A stretch of 63,990 nucleotides of DNA, counting the filler, from Octopus bimaculoides (taxonomy: Eukaryota), in assembly GCF_001194135.2 (NCBI RefSeq). It is 10 parts of 9 records of this genome, joined end to end, with 100 filler letters (N's around TTAATTAATTAA, not from the genome) between each part and the next. Parts side by side here need not be neighbours in the genome. Positions count along the whole stretch, not along the records: positions 9,983 to 21,179 come from NC_068981.1; positions 21,280 to 27,211 come from NC_068981.1; 8 more parts are not named here. One strand, written 5' to 3'. The number at the start of each line of letters is the position of its first letter. Positions within the stretch are counted from its first letter, which is position 1. The position numbers were made by a program, and so were the translations under genes. The notes beneath the pieces are model-generated. The model worked only from the letters and a program-made list of their open reading frames with translations. It was not told the DNA's origin and made no database searches. Below are positions 10,450 to 23,629 of this stretch, in pieces.

Positions 10450-13400
10450 AAACTTGTGAAAAGTTTTGCAAATTTTTACGATACCGCTTACAGATTGTAT
10501 TTGCAATGTATGAATTAGCTTTTCTGACAACACTCGCTTGTCTAGACTATCACTTCGGCATTTTACTCACAAAACCAAGCGCACAAACTATTATTTGTAT
10601 GAATGTGAATGTATGGTCTAGATAGAGAAGCTAGAGATGTCAAAGCAGTTGTCCGCAGTTATTCTTTTTCTCCTTAATTTTTGATGGGATATTTACATCA
10701 GAGGTTCAGCTGGGACATACTTTTTCTTGTCTATCCCAAATGGTAATATCCAGCTTGTTATCTTTTCACTTGACAAAAGCTTTGGTCGATATGTTCTACC
10801 AATATTACTTTTGTTAATGTTGGTGTACTTTTCTAAAACAGGGGGATTCTCTATATTTACTCCAATTTATTTCAGGACAGTTGTATTTTCGAATGACGTT
10901 GTATATTGCTTTAGCGATAATGTCGAGTAGCATAGGGAGGTTGTACCTTGATGACAGTTTAGTGTCTTTCACAGAAATACGACATAATCTACATTTTCGG
11001 TTGCACCTTGAGGCCATATAAACTTTATTATCTCTTTTGTTTACAAGGTATTTCGTAGCAATCTCCTATTCTTGGACAGCAAATGCATAATCTTTGAAGT
11101 CCGATGTGATATCACGGTCACAAATCTAAGGGAGACTGCTCTTTATGTCGATATTACTGTCTTCTTCAAGTCTTCGAGAATCATACCCATGCAAAATTCT
11201 TGTTTTGGTATGCTGAGCGTTTCACATCCAAATCATTTCTGAGGTATTCTAGTCCGGCTATTTTGAGGTTGTATGGGAGGTCATCAGGAAGAAAGTACCT
11301 CCTGAGGAGTTTGCTGCTGACACGTAGGATGTTCTGAGCTTTTCTGCATGAAGTTTATCCATTTATTTTGGCTGCTGTTGTTTAGAGTGTGCTATCTGAC
11401 AGAGACTATACGACATTTTAAGGCTGTCTGCAATGATATCAAACCTCTACCTCCTTTATCTCTTCTTAGGTAGAGCCTGCCGATATTTCAGTTTCTGTGG
11501 AAATTGCCTGTTGTCAGGATCTTCCAGGTTTTAATGTGAACGGGATGAATTTCTTCTACAAATCAGTCAAGTATCCCAAATGTCGAAATCAGCACTGGTT
11601 CTGCAAGTGCATTGTGGGATATTGTCTTGTAAGTGAGTTCAGACTGCTATATTATTCCATGTCTGATATAGTATTCTAGGGTCACACCATTATTCATAAC
11701 ACCTTCGTATGTCTTCCCTAATGCCTAGGTATTTGAAGCATTTTTCTGTGGAACATGAATGATAATGAGACAATTGAGGCACAGGTTTTGCGTCTGGGGA
11801 ACTGAGTTTTTTACGTTCAATAATGAAAGACAAACATGTCTTATGGTCAAGTTCCATTCTGATGTTAGCTGTTAAAGTTGTTATTCTTTTTAACTGTTTT
11901 TTGGCATTGATACATTTTTGGCATAAACCTTTAGATCATCCACAAAGAAATTATGAATTACATTAATATTTCTAGCAGTCACAGATCCTAGCATGTAGGC
12001 ATTTGATTTTTGAAGCAGGAATGGTAATGGATTTATGGCCAAAATGAACAGAGTTATAGAAAGACTATCTCCTTGGAATATTCCCTTTGAAGTATTCATA
12101 ATACTGGAGACAATCGTTCTGCTTTTAGTTGTAGGTTTGAGAATTGCTGTTCGGGTCGTTGTGAACCTCTCAATGGCAGCAACAAAGTACTTTTGTCAAA
12201 TGTAGGCACTTCAGCATCTGTGAGTTGGGAATAGAGACGAATACTTTCTTAAAATGAAGTCGCAAGCCGTGTACGATGATTTCAGACAGCTTTGTTTATC
12301 AAAAGTTGTTAGGCACATCCATACTCTCGCTTTTGTCCACCTGCCTGCTCATCATTCACTCTGTTATTGGATTTACAATGTTCCTAGAGGAACTGGTTGA
12401 GTCAGCTTGTGAAAGAATTGTACATAAAGCTTAGGTAAGCAATAAACCTATAGTTTTCTGTCAACTCCATGGTTTCATTCTTGACTACAAGATACGCCCG
12501 TGCTATAGCAAGCCAATTTGGTATGTCAATTTGAGCTTCCATAGTCTTTTTGAATATACATATTAATGTATTAATGTCGTTTTTGTAAAATGTCAACCTC
12601 TTGTACCAAAATCCAACTATTAGGTCTCTTCCAGGTGCCTTTCCATTACACAGTTCACCTACAGCTATAGTGAAAATTTCCGGATCTATTGTGTATGTTT
12701 TACTGTCAATGTTGGTAGAGTATCCTCTGCTATCTGCTTTTAGCAACGATGCATTAAATTTGAAATCCGCTGGTCATTTCAAATTTTAAACCATACTGAT
12801 TTTTGATCTTGAGAGGGGGATTTCTTAAAAGTAAAAGTTTCCTTCCTCACCGCTCTTTATAAGGCCTGTAAGCTGGAAGCAAACTTGCAATTTATACTAG
12901 CAGGTTCATAAAATTCTCATACGGTAGTGGAGTTTTTCGCTCAGTATTTTGAGGTCGTGCTTTAAAGTAGTTCACTGTCTCTCAAGAGTTTTGGTTATTT
13001 ATGCATAAGATGTAATTGGTGAGGTGTGAATTCGTTATTCATTATTCCTCTCAAATTTTATTATCCAACATGGCAGCGCAAATTGTTGATATTTTCTTGA
13101 AGTTTTGTTTTTCATCTAGATTGCTTCCGTTTTGTAATTTCATTATCGTTTGTACTGCAGATTTCTTCGAGGTGTTCTTTAAGAGTAATGACAGTGTGTA
13201 TTTGAGATTATTAATGTTCCTGTAATTAACACTACATAATTCCGCGAGCTCTCTAGCAATATCATCGATAACTTTCAGCAATAGAACAGTTGGGTGCTTC
13301 CTTAATCTTGCTGAGGATGGACTGTCGCTCAACGATAGTTACTTAAAAGTTGAAAAATTATCTAAGAACTGTGGTTTCAAGAAGTTTCTAAGTTGAATAT

Positions 13401-13994
13401 ATTCCACAGTTATCTCTGTCGATTCGGCTACATTTGAAAAGACTTTGATGATGGCGGCAGCAATTTGTTTAATTTCGATCTCTCTTATAACAGATTTTGG
13501 TCAGATCGAGATCAATTAACATCACGAAAGCAAGCGACTATTTTTCTCACAGAAAAATGCTTGTCACCAAAGCTATTTCACCGTAAAGGTATTTAAGTTG
13601 GAGTGGGCTTCATTCTAGTAATTTTTTAACCTCTTCATATAGCCGATAGAAGGGTCGTCATGGGCTTTTTCATAACACTGGAGTAGATGTTCCTTCAGAT
13701 TTAAAGTCCAAGTAAAATTAGAGGAGCACTTACGCTTTCTTAAATAACTGTATCGTTTTTATCGGTGGTGTAATTATTAGTTTCGACCATGATCGTGCAA
13801 ATAGAAATCCCCTGGTATAGTTCAGAATAATACTACGTTAGTAAGTAAAAGTAATTCTCTTATTTATAATTGGAGAAATAAACAAGTTACTGATATAGGC
13901 AGAAGAAGCCGGCATTATTGTAGAAGGAAACGTTCAAAAAGCAATGTTCAACGGTCCTCTACACCTGCACGTCTGATGTTGACAACGCCATTTT
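10450..13994 (-). mobile_element. Near full-length, degraded R4/Dong-like RLE non-LTR retrotransposon
   Basis: Minus-strand pieces in the expected order: N-terminal WTLNLKEHLLQCYEKA...GYMKRLK (about 13600-13720); APGRD..GFWYK and ENYRFIAYLS (12402-12746); RT motifs GIFQGDSLS and FFVDDLKVY (11890-12099); CRLC knuckle (about 10980); C-terminal QIQSVSGIVKICKT (about 10460-10510). Many stops and frameshifts. The 5' boundary at 13994 is inferred. Confidence 0.85.
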
Positions 13995-14052
13995 GTATGT
14001 ATGTATGTATGTATGTATGTTTTATTTTATGTATGTATTTTCATACATATAG

Positions 14053-14360
14053 TGGAGGCGTAATGGCCCAGTGGTTAGGGTAGCGGATTCGCGGTCGGAG
14101 GATCGCAGTTTCGATTCCCAGACCGGGCGTTGTGTGCGTTTATTGAGCGAAAACACCTAAAAGCTCCACGAGGCTCCGGCAGGGTGTGGTGGTGATGCCT
14201 GTTGTACGCTTCCGCCCCAACTTTCTCTCACTCTTTCTTCCTGTTTCTTGAGTAAAGCTGCGATGGACTGCCGTCCCTTCCAGCTGGGAGGGAACACATA
14301 CATCATAGAAACCGGGAAACCGGGCCCATGAGCCTGTCTAGGCTTTAAGAGGGCGATAAG
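14053..14360 (+). mobile_element. tRNA-derived SINE with a Meta-domain-like core and a 16-bp TSD
   Basis: Head tggcccagtggttagg...gtttcgattccc (A/B boxes); core gctgcgatggactgccgtcccttccag...agaaaccggg resembles the MetaSINE domain as I recall it; exact direct repeat attttcatacatatag at 14037-14052 and 14361-14376. Confidence 0.85.
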
Positions 14361-14384
14361 ATTTTCATACATATAGGAGGATGT

Positions 14385-15122
14385 CTAAACATGCTCATAT
14401 ATACTTAAATAATAAACTTCTTGAAAGTTTTACAGATTTTTACAGTTCCAGAGATGGCTTGGATCTGTAGTCTTCGAATCAGCTTTCTCCTTTCCGGTTT
14501 TGAGAAACCTAATTTCTCAAGATTGGTATTTAGGCAGTGTGTTATATATTCCAGTGCTCCAATAATCACAGGTATAAACTCGAACTTGTAATCTGGATAG
14601 AGTATCTGTAGATTTCTCAATAGTTCAGCATTGGTATTTTTTTTTCGCTGATCTTCAGCTTCATGTTAACATCCGCTCGGCAGCTGGGCAGCTATTTTCC
14701 ACAACTGTACACAGATTATCTTCTCATCCCAAATTACTCCCATGTCTATTATGCTTACATTTTGTTGAGGTTTCACTAGGACATTTCACCAGTACTCCAT
14801 TTTATGATGAATAGCTTCTACCATACTGTGGGTTCTTATTTCTTTGGTCTCGGAGTTATCATTCCGATGGATCTCATTCTATAGTGCCCTAGCTACAATA
14901 TCATGTCTCATCAGTAGATAATACCATGATTACATTTTTGAACAGCTGCTTATGATGCGGGTGATATCTTCGGTGTTAACTCCACAAAGTCTGCATCGGT
15001 TATCATATTTTTCTGCTTCCTTGCGTCTCTGTCCCTTTTGTGCATCAGGTATTTGGTTGATATTTCTTGTTCCTGGATTGCAAACGAATACCCTTCAAAG
15101 TAGGAGCTGGTAATCCAGTTGC
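14385..15122 (-). mobile_element. R4/Dong-like RLE LINE, 5'-truncated copy
   Basis: NWITSSYFEGYSFAIQEQEISTKYL...; C-terminal MRNLQILYPDYKFEFIPVIIGAL...IQAISGTVKICKTF; shares the 3' UTR aaacatgctcatatatacttaaat with the 4975 copy. Confidence 0.85.
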
Positions 15123-16170
15123 TGGTGTGTATGTATGGTATGGTATGTATGTATATATGTATGTATGTATGTATACATGCATGCATGTATGTATGTATGT
15201 ATGTATGTATGTATGTATGTACGTACGTACGTACGTACGTATGTATGTATGTATGTATGTATGTATGTATGTATGTATACAGCGAACACAATTTCTGTCT
15301 ACCAAATTACACTTACAAGGCTTTGTTCAAGCCAAGGCTTTAGTAAAAGATACTTATACAAGTCACAAAAGGTCACAGGATTTGGGAGAATAATTGAATT
15401 TATTGTATCAACTCTTCCATTATATAACTAGCATTCACTATGCACACCCACTTTACCTCGATTGGATTTCAAATCTGATCACAAACGCACGAAAGAAAAT
15501 ACTGCGAAGCAAAGCACTTACTCTGAGAACCTTACTCTTTCTACCACTACACCGTCCCTATCATACTTACTTACCTATATAACTACATACATACATACAT
15601 GCATACATTTATAATACATACATATATAATACATACATGCTTATATATATATATATATATACACATACATACATACATATATAATACATACATGCTTTTA
15701 TATATACATATATATATATATANNNNNNNNNNNNNNNNNNNNNNNNNNNNNNNNNNNNNNNNNNNNNNNNNNNNNNNNNNNNNNNNNNNNNNNNNNNNNN
15801 NNNNNNNNNNNNNNNNNNNNNNNNNNNNNNNNNNNNNNNNNNNNNNNNNNNNNNNNNNNNNNNNNNNNNNNNNNNNNNNNNNNNNNNNNNNNNNNNNNNN
15901 NNNNNNNNNNNNNNNNNNNNNNNNNNNNNNNNNNNNNNNNNNNNNNNNNNNNNNNNNNNNNNNNNNNNNNNNNNNNNNNNNNNNNNNNNNNNNNNNNNNN
16001 NNNNNNNNNNNNNNNNNNNNNNNNNNNNNNNNNNNNNNNNNNNNNNNNNNNNNNNNNNNNNNNNNNNNNNNNNNNNNNNNNNNNNNNNNNNNNNNNNNNN
16101 NNNNNNNNNNNNNNNNNNNNNNNNNNNNNNNNNNNNNNNNNNNNNNNNNNNNNNNNNNNNNNNNNNNNNN

Positions 16171-16215
<45 letters not shown>

Positions 16216-16443
16216 AGACTTCAAATGTCTGAATATTTCAGCATTATATATGACATTTTTTGTTTTTGGTTTCGAAAAGTTACGATATAATTGGCAACCT
16301 GCTGTCATAAAATACAATATAATACTTGCAAGTATTTCACTTCTTTGGTTTAAAATGTTACAACCAACGGTAGTTTCTTTTATCGACAACTTCGACTAAT
16401 ATTGTGTAGATTCAGCCGCTAGCTGTCTGGTTTTACAGTACAT

Positions 16444-16479
<36 letters not shown>

Positions 16480-16532
16480 GCGCGCATGTACGCATATACT
16501 TATATATGCATGCATGTATTATATATGTGTGT

Positions 16533-16630
<98 letters not shown>

Positions 16631-17289
16631 GTATATGTCTGTATGTGCATATGTGTGTGTGGATGGGTGTTTTCGAATCGATAAAGCTCGATACTAACAC
16701 CTTATACTATTCGCTTGATTAGATGGAGTCCTATCGGAAATCTTCCTCTATTAATAAATCAATAGTAATGATTTCTTTGAAACGGGCGCTATAGAGTAAG
16801 AGCTAAGTTCTGGTAAGCGGAGTCTGTGAACCGGTGAGTAGACCATTCACTTCACTTTACTTCATTTCGTTGCCAATGCATTATGTTGGCGTAAATGTCA
16901 CAAATTATAATTTCTCTCTTTCTTTCTTATAAGACCTTCAGCCAGTTCAAATGGAACTGATATAAACTGGCTTTCTTTCTTATTGGAAAAGAACCAAGAA
17001 ACCAGTATTTTACATATGAGAGTGATATAAACTAGTGTATGACTGGGATATGATTTATCCACTCACACAGGCGAATTCGCTGAAATTTGAAGGGCTGGAT
17101 ATTGTATTGCATGCAAGCCTGATGTAGTAAATTCGCTAAATGTAGCCCCCAGCTTCGTGAAGGACCTCGGCAACATAGAAGCATATCATCATGAATAGAT
17201 TTATGATGTTGCATAGCTTATGCTTTTGAGGAATGGACAGTGGTTACACGAAAGTTTATCTTGTAACCTATAAACATATTGACATATAT

Positions 17290-17359
<70 letters not shown>

Positions 17360-17362
<3 letters not shown>

Positions 17363-18245
17363 GTGTGGTGTGTTAAGCTTGAATAGAGGCAAAGTTAAAC
17401 GCATGGATGGGTTGAAGATGTAATCGGAATAATATTGAAGCTATCAACACCTGGGCAACCTCACTCCTTAGACACGGAGCAGGAGTAATGGTGTGGGCAG
17501 TAGAAGAGCTAAACAGCGTAGACCGGAACACAAGAAAGCTAGATATGGGGTATTTCATCCAAAGAGTGATACAGACACTGCATGTACTAAGAAAAAGAAG
17601 AAGAAGAGGACTGATTGGGTGGAAACACAGCATTAGAGCAGAAGAAAGCAACATGGTCAGATACATAAAAGAGGCTACAAAACCGCTATTGTTGGAAGTA
17701 ATAAGGTCAGGCCAGTGCAGAATTGAAGATTGCAAAGATAAAACATCGTCCAATCATTTAAGAATGAATAGAGCTGAAAATAGGTGAATAAAGAAAAGAA
17801 TACATGGGAAATTCCATAGAGATGCAGACATAGATAGGACAGACAAAGCAGAAAGGTTGTTGCAGAGGGCTAAAAGTGACTTAAAATCGGAAACGTAGGC
17901 CTTAATCTGTGCTGCCCAAGAACTAATAGCATCAAATGCAGAATAAGCTGTAAAGCAGAAAGCGAGACGTGCAGAATTTGTAGAGAGAATGCGGAGACCG
18001 CATGGCATATTACCAGTCAATGTACACCACTAGCTCAAAATGAACGTAAGAGGCAGCATGACAATTCAGCAAGGATAGTCCTTGGGCACTTTCTTATAAG
18101 TATGGGCTTGACAGAGCAGAAAAGTAGTACGATCATAACACCGAAGACGTCGAAAATGATACAGCAAAGATCCTGTGAGACTTTAATGATTTAGTGTGAC
18201 CATGATATACAGAATAGGAAACCAGATATACTGATGATAACCTCA
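17360..18245 (+). mobile_element. RLE LINE (R4/Dong-like, second subfamily), 5'-truncated and degraded
   Basis: KCGVLSLNRGK, AINTWA, WAVEELNSVDRNTRKL, ET.ALICAAQE, CRICRENAETAWHITSQC..LAQ..R..HD and RKPD endonuclease-like motifs across frameshifts; begins directly after (AAT)n at 17291-17359. Confidence 0.8.
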
Positions 18246-18347
18246 GAGTAACAAAACTGCGATTGCAATGGGAATATAATTTCTCAAATGGCTACACTTA
18301 AAACAAATTTTCAAGATTGGACTACCTGAGCAGCTTGGAGGTGTAGA

Positions 18348-18411
<64 letters not shown>

Positions 18412-20086
18412 GTCTGTCTGTCTGTCTGTCCTTCTAACTACCTGCCTGCATACATACATACGTGCATACATACATCCATACATATGTATATGTGTGTGTG
18501 TATGTATATATTTTTATGAAATATATGTATGTATGTATANNNNNNNNNNNNNNNNNNNNNNNNNNNNNNNNNNNNNNNNNNNNNNNNNNNNNNNNNNNNN
18601 NNNNNNNNNNNNNNNNNNNNNNNNNNNNNNNNNNNNNNNNNNNNNNNNNNNNNNNNNNNNNNNNNNNNNNNNNNNNNNNNNNNNNNNNNNNNNNNNNNNN
18701 NNNNNNNNNNNNNNNNNNNNNNNNNNNNNNNNNNNNNNNNNNNNNNNNNNNNNNNNNNNNNNNNNNNNNNNNNNNNNNNNNNNNNNNNNNNNNNNNNNNN
18801 NNNNNNNNNNNNNNNNNNNNNNNNNNNNNNNNNNNNNNNNNNNNNNNNNNNNNNNNNNNNNNNNNNNNNNNNNNNNNNNNNNNNNNNNNNNNNNNNNNNN
18901 NNNNNNNNNNNNNNNNNNNNNNNNNNNNNNNNNNNNNNNNNNNNNNNNNNNNNNNNNNNNNNNNNNNNNNNNNGGCAACATCCATACGTAAGAGATTAAT
19001 CCGATTCGAAAGTTTGTTTTGTTGTACATAAACTATTAAAAATTATTTCTATGGCGGTACCTTTATATTAGTTCAGATTATCTGTTTATAAAGCTGTTTA
19101 TTTAATACGTTGATTTTACGTAACTATACAGATTGCATAAAATGCTTACGGTAATGCAATGGTTCCCAATCGACCATAAAATTTAAAAATTAATGTAATT
19201 CTATTTTAACTGCCGTATTTAGTTCGACAGAACTGTATATTTATTTTCTTTGCAAGTTTAAAGATTGCTTTGTGATTCGTATAACAGTTCTTAAAGTGTC
19301 AAGCATTCCTATATATATTTTGTATGTTATAAACATTGTTCGAGAGCAATAAATAACAGCAGTTCAGTAAACAAATGTTTCAGAATTTCATTTAAGAGGG
19401 TGATGACAGAAATTAATAATTTTACAGTATCTATATTAGAGGTTTCGGAGGCTATCTCATGTGTTGTGAACAAGTGGTGCACGTTACTGTGATGCTGTAG
19501 CGAGACAGAGCGGTTCCGCAACAGATATTTATATGACAGGTATCTATTGTGTGTATGTGACCACTAAATCTACAGGCGTTTTTTCATTCTCTCTCTGTGT
19601 TTATTTTCACTTATTCTTTTCTGTTGAAGAGCGTAGCCTCGAAATGTAAATCCATTTTTCATTTTACCGAATCTCAAACNNNNNNNNNNNNNNNNNNNNN
19701 NNNNNNNNNNNNNNNNNNNNNNNNNNNNNNNNNNNNNNNNNNNNNNNNNNNNNNNNNNNNNNNNNNNNNNNNNNNNNNNNNNNNNNNNNNNNNNNNNNNN
19801 NNNNNNNNNNNNNNNNNNNNNNNNNNNNNNNNNNNNNNNNNNNNNNNNNNNNNNNNNNNATATATATATTCGACTAGGGTGTTATAAGACACCTATATTG
19901 CTAGAAATAAGAGCTAAAACGATCTAATGCTGTAGTTAACGCACATGAATGAAAGCATATACACTAACTTCAGCATTAGAGCGTTTCTAACAATGTAAAT
20001 GTTTTCTAATACCCTAGGTGCATTTAGTGACATTTGTAATTCTCCTTTCTGGTGAAACATTGCAGACTGCAGTTAATATTAATTAC

Positions 20087-20167
<81 letters not shown>

Positions 20168-21280
20168 CGCGTATGTGTTTGTGTGTGTGTATATATAAGT
20201 ATGTATGTATATATTTCTAGATGGCTATGTAGACAAATAAATTTAGATACATACGCATATACATATATATAAATGTGCATAGATATGCATATGTATACAC
20301 GCACACACATACGTACATATACACATACACACACACACACACACACGCATATATATATATACACATAAACACACGGAGACACACGCACACACACACATAT
20401 ATATATATATATACACAAGTTTCGTGCGTTGCTACGAAAGTATTAGCTCTTTAGTTATGCTGTAACTTGTGACGATTAGTAATAATAAAATGTATATAAA
20501 TCTCATCTATTTTTTGTTTGTATCATAAAAAAAATACTCATGCACACCCACACATGCATACATACACACACATACACTCTCCTGCATATATTTATATGTG
20601 TGTGTGTGTGTGTATGTGTGTGTGTGTGTGCGCGCATATCGATATATAAGGCTAGGATCCAGGGATTCAAGTGTAGGAATTCTGTAAGCTTCAATCAGTC
20701 CTTGACAAGTATAAAAAAAGATGTACGGTTAGGAACCATAACCTCGAAGGCAGCGTACTTTTTTCCATATTGAAGTCAAGAGGAAATTCGGTAAGCTGAA
20801 AAGTTTCAGTATAACTCACGGTTAGTGAGTTACTATGAATGCGAATAAAAATCAAAATTTAGCTAATTAGAACAGATTAAATCCAGGCTACATATGTTTC
20901 TTAGCTAGCTAATAATTACTATTAATAATTAATAATTAATAAATACTTAACGAGGGGTGCTCAACTTAGCTAATAATTTCAGCTCACATCAACAGTGATA
21001 TAAGTTAACTTGGCAATCTCAAACGACAATGTAGCCTTCATGTATTTAAGGTACTCTCGTCCTGGCGATTAGCTAATCTGAACATACCTCCTTAAGTAAA
21101 TATTACATCAGAGGATCAGCTATTTAAGAAGCGTACGTAGCCTGCATTTTAACCGTTCCACTCTCTCAATTTGTATATANNNNNNNNNNNNNNNNNNNNN
21201 NNNNNNNNNNNNNNNNNNNNNNNTTAATTAATTAANNNNNNNNNNNNNNNNNNNNNNNNNNNNNNNNNNNNNNNNNNNNA

Positions 21281-21603
21281 TCTAAACGTAACTAGCTTAT
21301 CTAAGCGTAACTAGCTTATCTAAACTTAACTAGCTTATCTAAACGTAACTAGCTTGTCTAAACGTAACTAGCCTATCTAAACGTAACTAGCTTATCTAAG
21401 CGTAACTAGCTTATCTAAACGTAACTAGCTTATCTAAGCGTAACTAGCTTATCTAAACGTAACTAGCTTATCTAAACGTAACTAGCTTATCTAAACGTAA
21501 CTAGCTTATCTAAATGTAACTAGCTTATCTAAGCGTAACTAGGTTATCTAAACGTAACTAGCTTATCTAAGCGTAACTAGCTTATCTAAACGTAACTAGC
21601 TTA
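21281..21603. repeat. 19-bp minisatellite, 17 units, consensus TCTAAACGTAACTAGCTTA (open at the gap)
   Basis: Contiguous units with single substitutions (e.g. TCTAAGCG variant); no spacers. Confidence 0.95.
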
Positions 21604-21914
21604 TCAGAAATCTTTCCAACGGTCATTAAGTTGAATTTCTTTCTTTATGAATATCTCGTTAACCCTAACTAAATTGCTAGGTTCATCAGAAGTGTTCAAT
21701 TTATTCAATTCTATTAAGGCCGGGGGCATGCAACTGAATATTGTGAGAATCTGCTCACACTCATGAGTTCAAAGATAAAATATCTGCCTGAAATATATAC
21801 TGTACATAGGAAGTTAGCAGGGAAAAATTATACATTTCTTACTGTCAAAATTTGCGTAGTGTACACTGACCGTGTATTCGTGTAATATTTTCGTGATGTG
21901 TCCCCACATTTAAA

Positions 21915-21919
21915 ATCGA

Positions 21920-21971
<52 letters not shown>

Positions 21972-22082
21972 TTAACTATTGTTATTATTAATTATGTCAC
22001 TGCCTGGAATCGAACTCGGAATCTTGGGGTTAGTAGCCCGCGCTACTAAGCCCAAGATTCCGAGTTCGATTCTAGGCACTTA

Positions 22083-22148
<66 letters not shown>

Positions 22149-22279
22149 CTTACGAATAAGAACGCAGGATCCCCCAAGACACTTGATGAAGGCTGGAGAG
22201 TATATCAGCCGAAACGTTCTGTTAACAACAGACAGTATCAGGACAAATATCCGTCAAATCTAAATAATGTAAATAATGT
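21915..22279. mobile_element. Head-to-head pair of a tRNA-headed SINE with internal (AAT)n; the + copy continues into a PLE-like tail
   Basis: 37-bp arms 22001-22037 and 22042-22078 (2 mismatches) contain the B box GTTCGATTC; flanked by (TTA)n and (AAT)n; tail ttgatgaaggctgg...cagccgaaacgtt...taaataatgtaaataatgt. Confidence 0.7.
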
Positions 22280-22892
22280 TTCAGGACGCGTGATATAGAT
22301 GTAATCTGTTCAATTTACCCAGCTTTTCGAATCTCAGATAGGGTGAAATTTTGTGTCTACTACACATCCATAATTTGAGGTCAGTCAGATCTGTTAGACC
22401 ATCTGAAGTGGATTGTATCCTAACGGAAGACTGCAACTACCGATGCATTTCTAAAGGATTGTGTAACCGTGCTTCGAATAATCTAAAGCATTTATGCTCA
22501 AAGTTATTTGACTCTATGAGATATTAAATAAGAGGTAGACGAGAAAATCATTTCAGAATATTTCTTCTAGAGATAACATTTCACATCGTCATTTATTGAA
22601 AATTGCACAAATTTCCTCAATACGATATAATACGTCGGATGATTTTAATTTATTACAATTGACTAACCACATGCATTATAATTTGACAGCAATTCTGCTG
22701 CGTACAAAGAGAACCTATACCGTCTACAGTAGACACTTGTAGTAAGGTATTCTAAGATATTTCAGATACATTGGTGTTGAACATAGATCCAACAAAATTA
22801 TAAGCGCACCGACACACCCACATATAGATAAATAAATATACATACATAGATTTATGCATATAGATATATATATGTATGTATGTGTATGTATG

Positions 22893-22947
<55 letters not shown>

Positions 22948-23597
22948 TAATAGAAATATATTGTAAACTGAAGACTATCTTACTACTTGTAAATGATTGC
23001 TATAAAAAGAATACAAACATATTCCCTCCGACAGAGCTTGTTTTGATGTAGTCCGGATTTCAGATAATCTGCTTGTCAGTCTTATTTTCCCACGCTCATA
23101 ATAGTTTGATGATTGATTATACTGCTAGAAGAACTATCTTCCTCCAGCAACAATGGTACGTATAATCCTATGCATGAGCGAACAGCAATATGTCAGCATT
23201 AGTTACCTCACCTTACGCTTGATATACCATAGCCAATAGAATAACAAAATAGTAAATCTCTGATGCCAACAAGTGCTATATTTTTCTGGTTATTTTCCTA
23301 ATCTTACAAAATTATATAATATTACATACTCAAAAACCTAAAGATATTAATTAAAAATATAATATATCAAAGTTGCATTTTTTTTTCCCCAAGTCTATTC
23401 AACAAGTGATTTTTGGCTTTCATTTTGAAATGTGTTATTTAACAGTTGTTTATTCTGATGCAGCTATTTACTGAAATGTATAGTTCGCACCTGGGTTTCC
23501 AGTCCGGATAAAATTATTTCGAGTAACTCAACTTTGAACTATTCACACTCTATTAACTTATTAACTTATTGAGTGTAGTTATGCATTTTTAGAATGT

Positions 23598-23629
<32 letters not shown>

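Noticed and set aside
14053-14130. tRNA genes (also 22042-22078, 48060-48127 and SINE A/B heads)
   Set aside because: A/B boxes are present but run into SINE bodies without a complete cloverleaf.
21281-21603. CRISPR-like regular repeat array
   Set aside because: Units are contiguous with no unique spacers, there are no cas genes, and the context is eukaryotic.
23205-23270. Minus-strand TM-like peptide (ILLFYWLWYIKRK) before a gtgag donor
   Set aside because: Poor acceptor, short, AT-rich; cannot be distinguished from chance.
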